Of a stretch of DNA of 32,581 nt, positions 32,427 to 32,581 are shown one piece after another. Numbering within the stretch: the first letter of the stretch is position 1; every line of letters starts with the position of its first letter. The notes under the pieces were generated by a model, which searched no databases, was not told where the DNA came from, and was given only the letters and a program-made list of their open reading frames with translations. A program made the position numbers and the translations under genes. The DNA is from Octopus bimaculoides (taxonomy: Eukaryota): assembly GCF_001194135.2 (NCBI RefSeq), contig NC_068981.1:189406248-189438828 (forward strand). The letters are read 5' to 3'.

Positions 32427-32581
32427 ATCATCATCATCATCATCATCATCATCGTTTAACGTCCGCTTTCCATGCTAGCATGGGTTGGACGATTTGACTG
32501 AGGACTGGTGAAACCGGATGGCAACACCAGGCTCCAGTCTAATTTGGCAGAGTTTCTACAGCTGGATGCCCTTCCTAACAT
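32427..32581 (-). mobile_element. Family B 3' end, cut by the window edge
   Basis: (cat)n-cgtttaacgtccgctttccatgctagcatgggttggacg. Confidence 0.93.

Overview
AT-rich, repeat-dense eukaryotic genomic DNA from a gapped draft assembly (7 N-gaps). It is not prokaryotic: there are no operons, rRNA genes or CRISPR arrays. The repeat families resemble those I recall from Octopus (cephalopod) genomes; this is an inference with no database check. No long protein-coding ORF is intact: nearly every entry in the ORF track is a translation of a microsatellite, a SINE or an N-gap. Recognisable content: (i) decayed minus-strand coding fragments of R4/Dong-type RLE non-LTR retrotransposons (5.5-9.2 kb and 17.5 kb), a Penelope-like element with GIY-YIG endonuclease (13.2-13.85 kb) and a Tigger/pogo HTH remnant (16.0 kb); (ii) several tRNA-headed SINE families, many copies of a (GAT)n-tailed retroposon 3' end, and one Helentron/DINE-1-like non-autonomous element; (iii) long di- and trinucleotide arrays; (iv) a few isolated + strand exon-like segments suggesting the window is mostly intron of an unidentified gene. 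The most interesting signal is minimal Penelope-type hammerhead ribozyme folds in two non-autonomous repeat families. One family is a tRNA-headed SINE whose two copies show a compensatory base-pair change in stem II.
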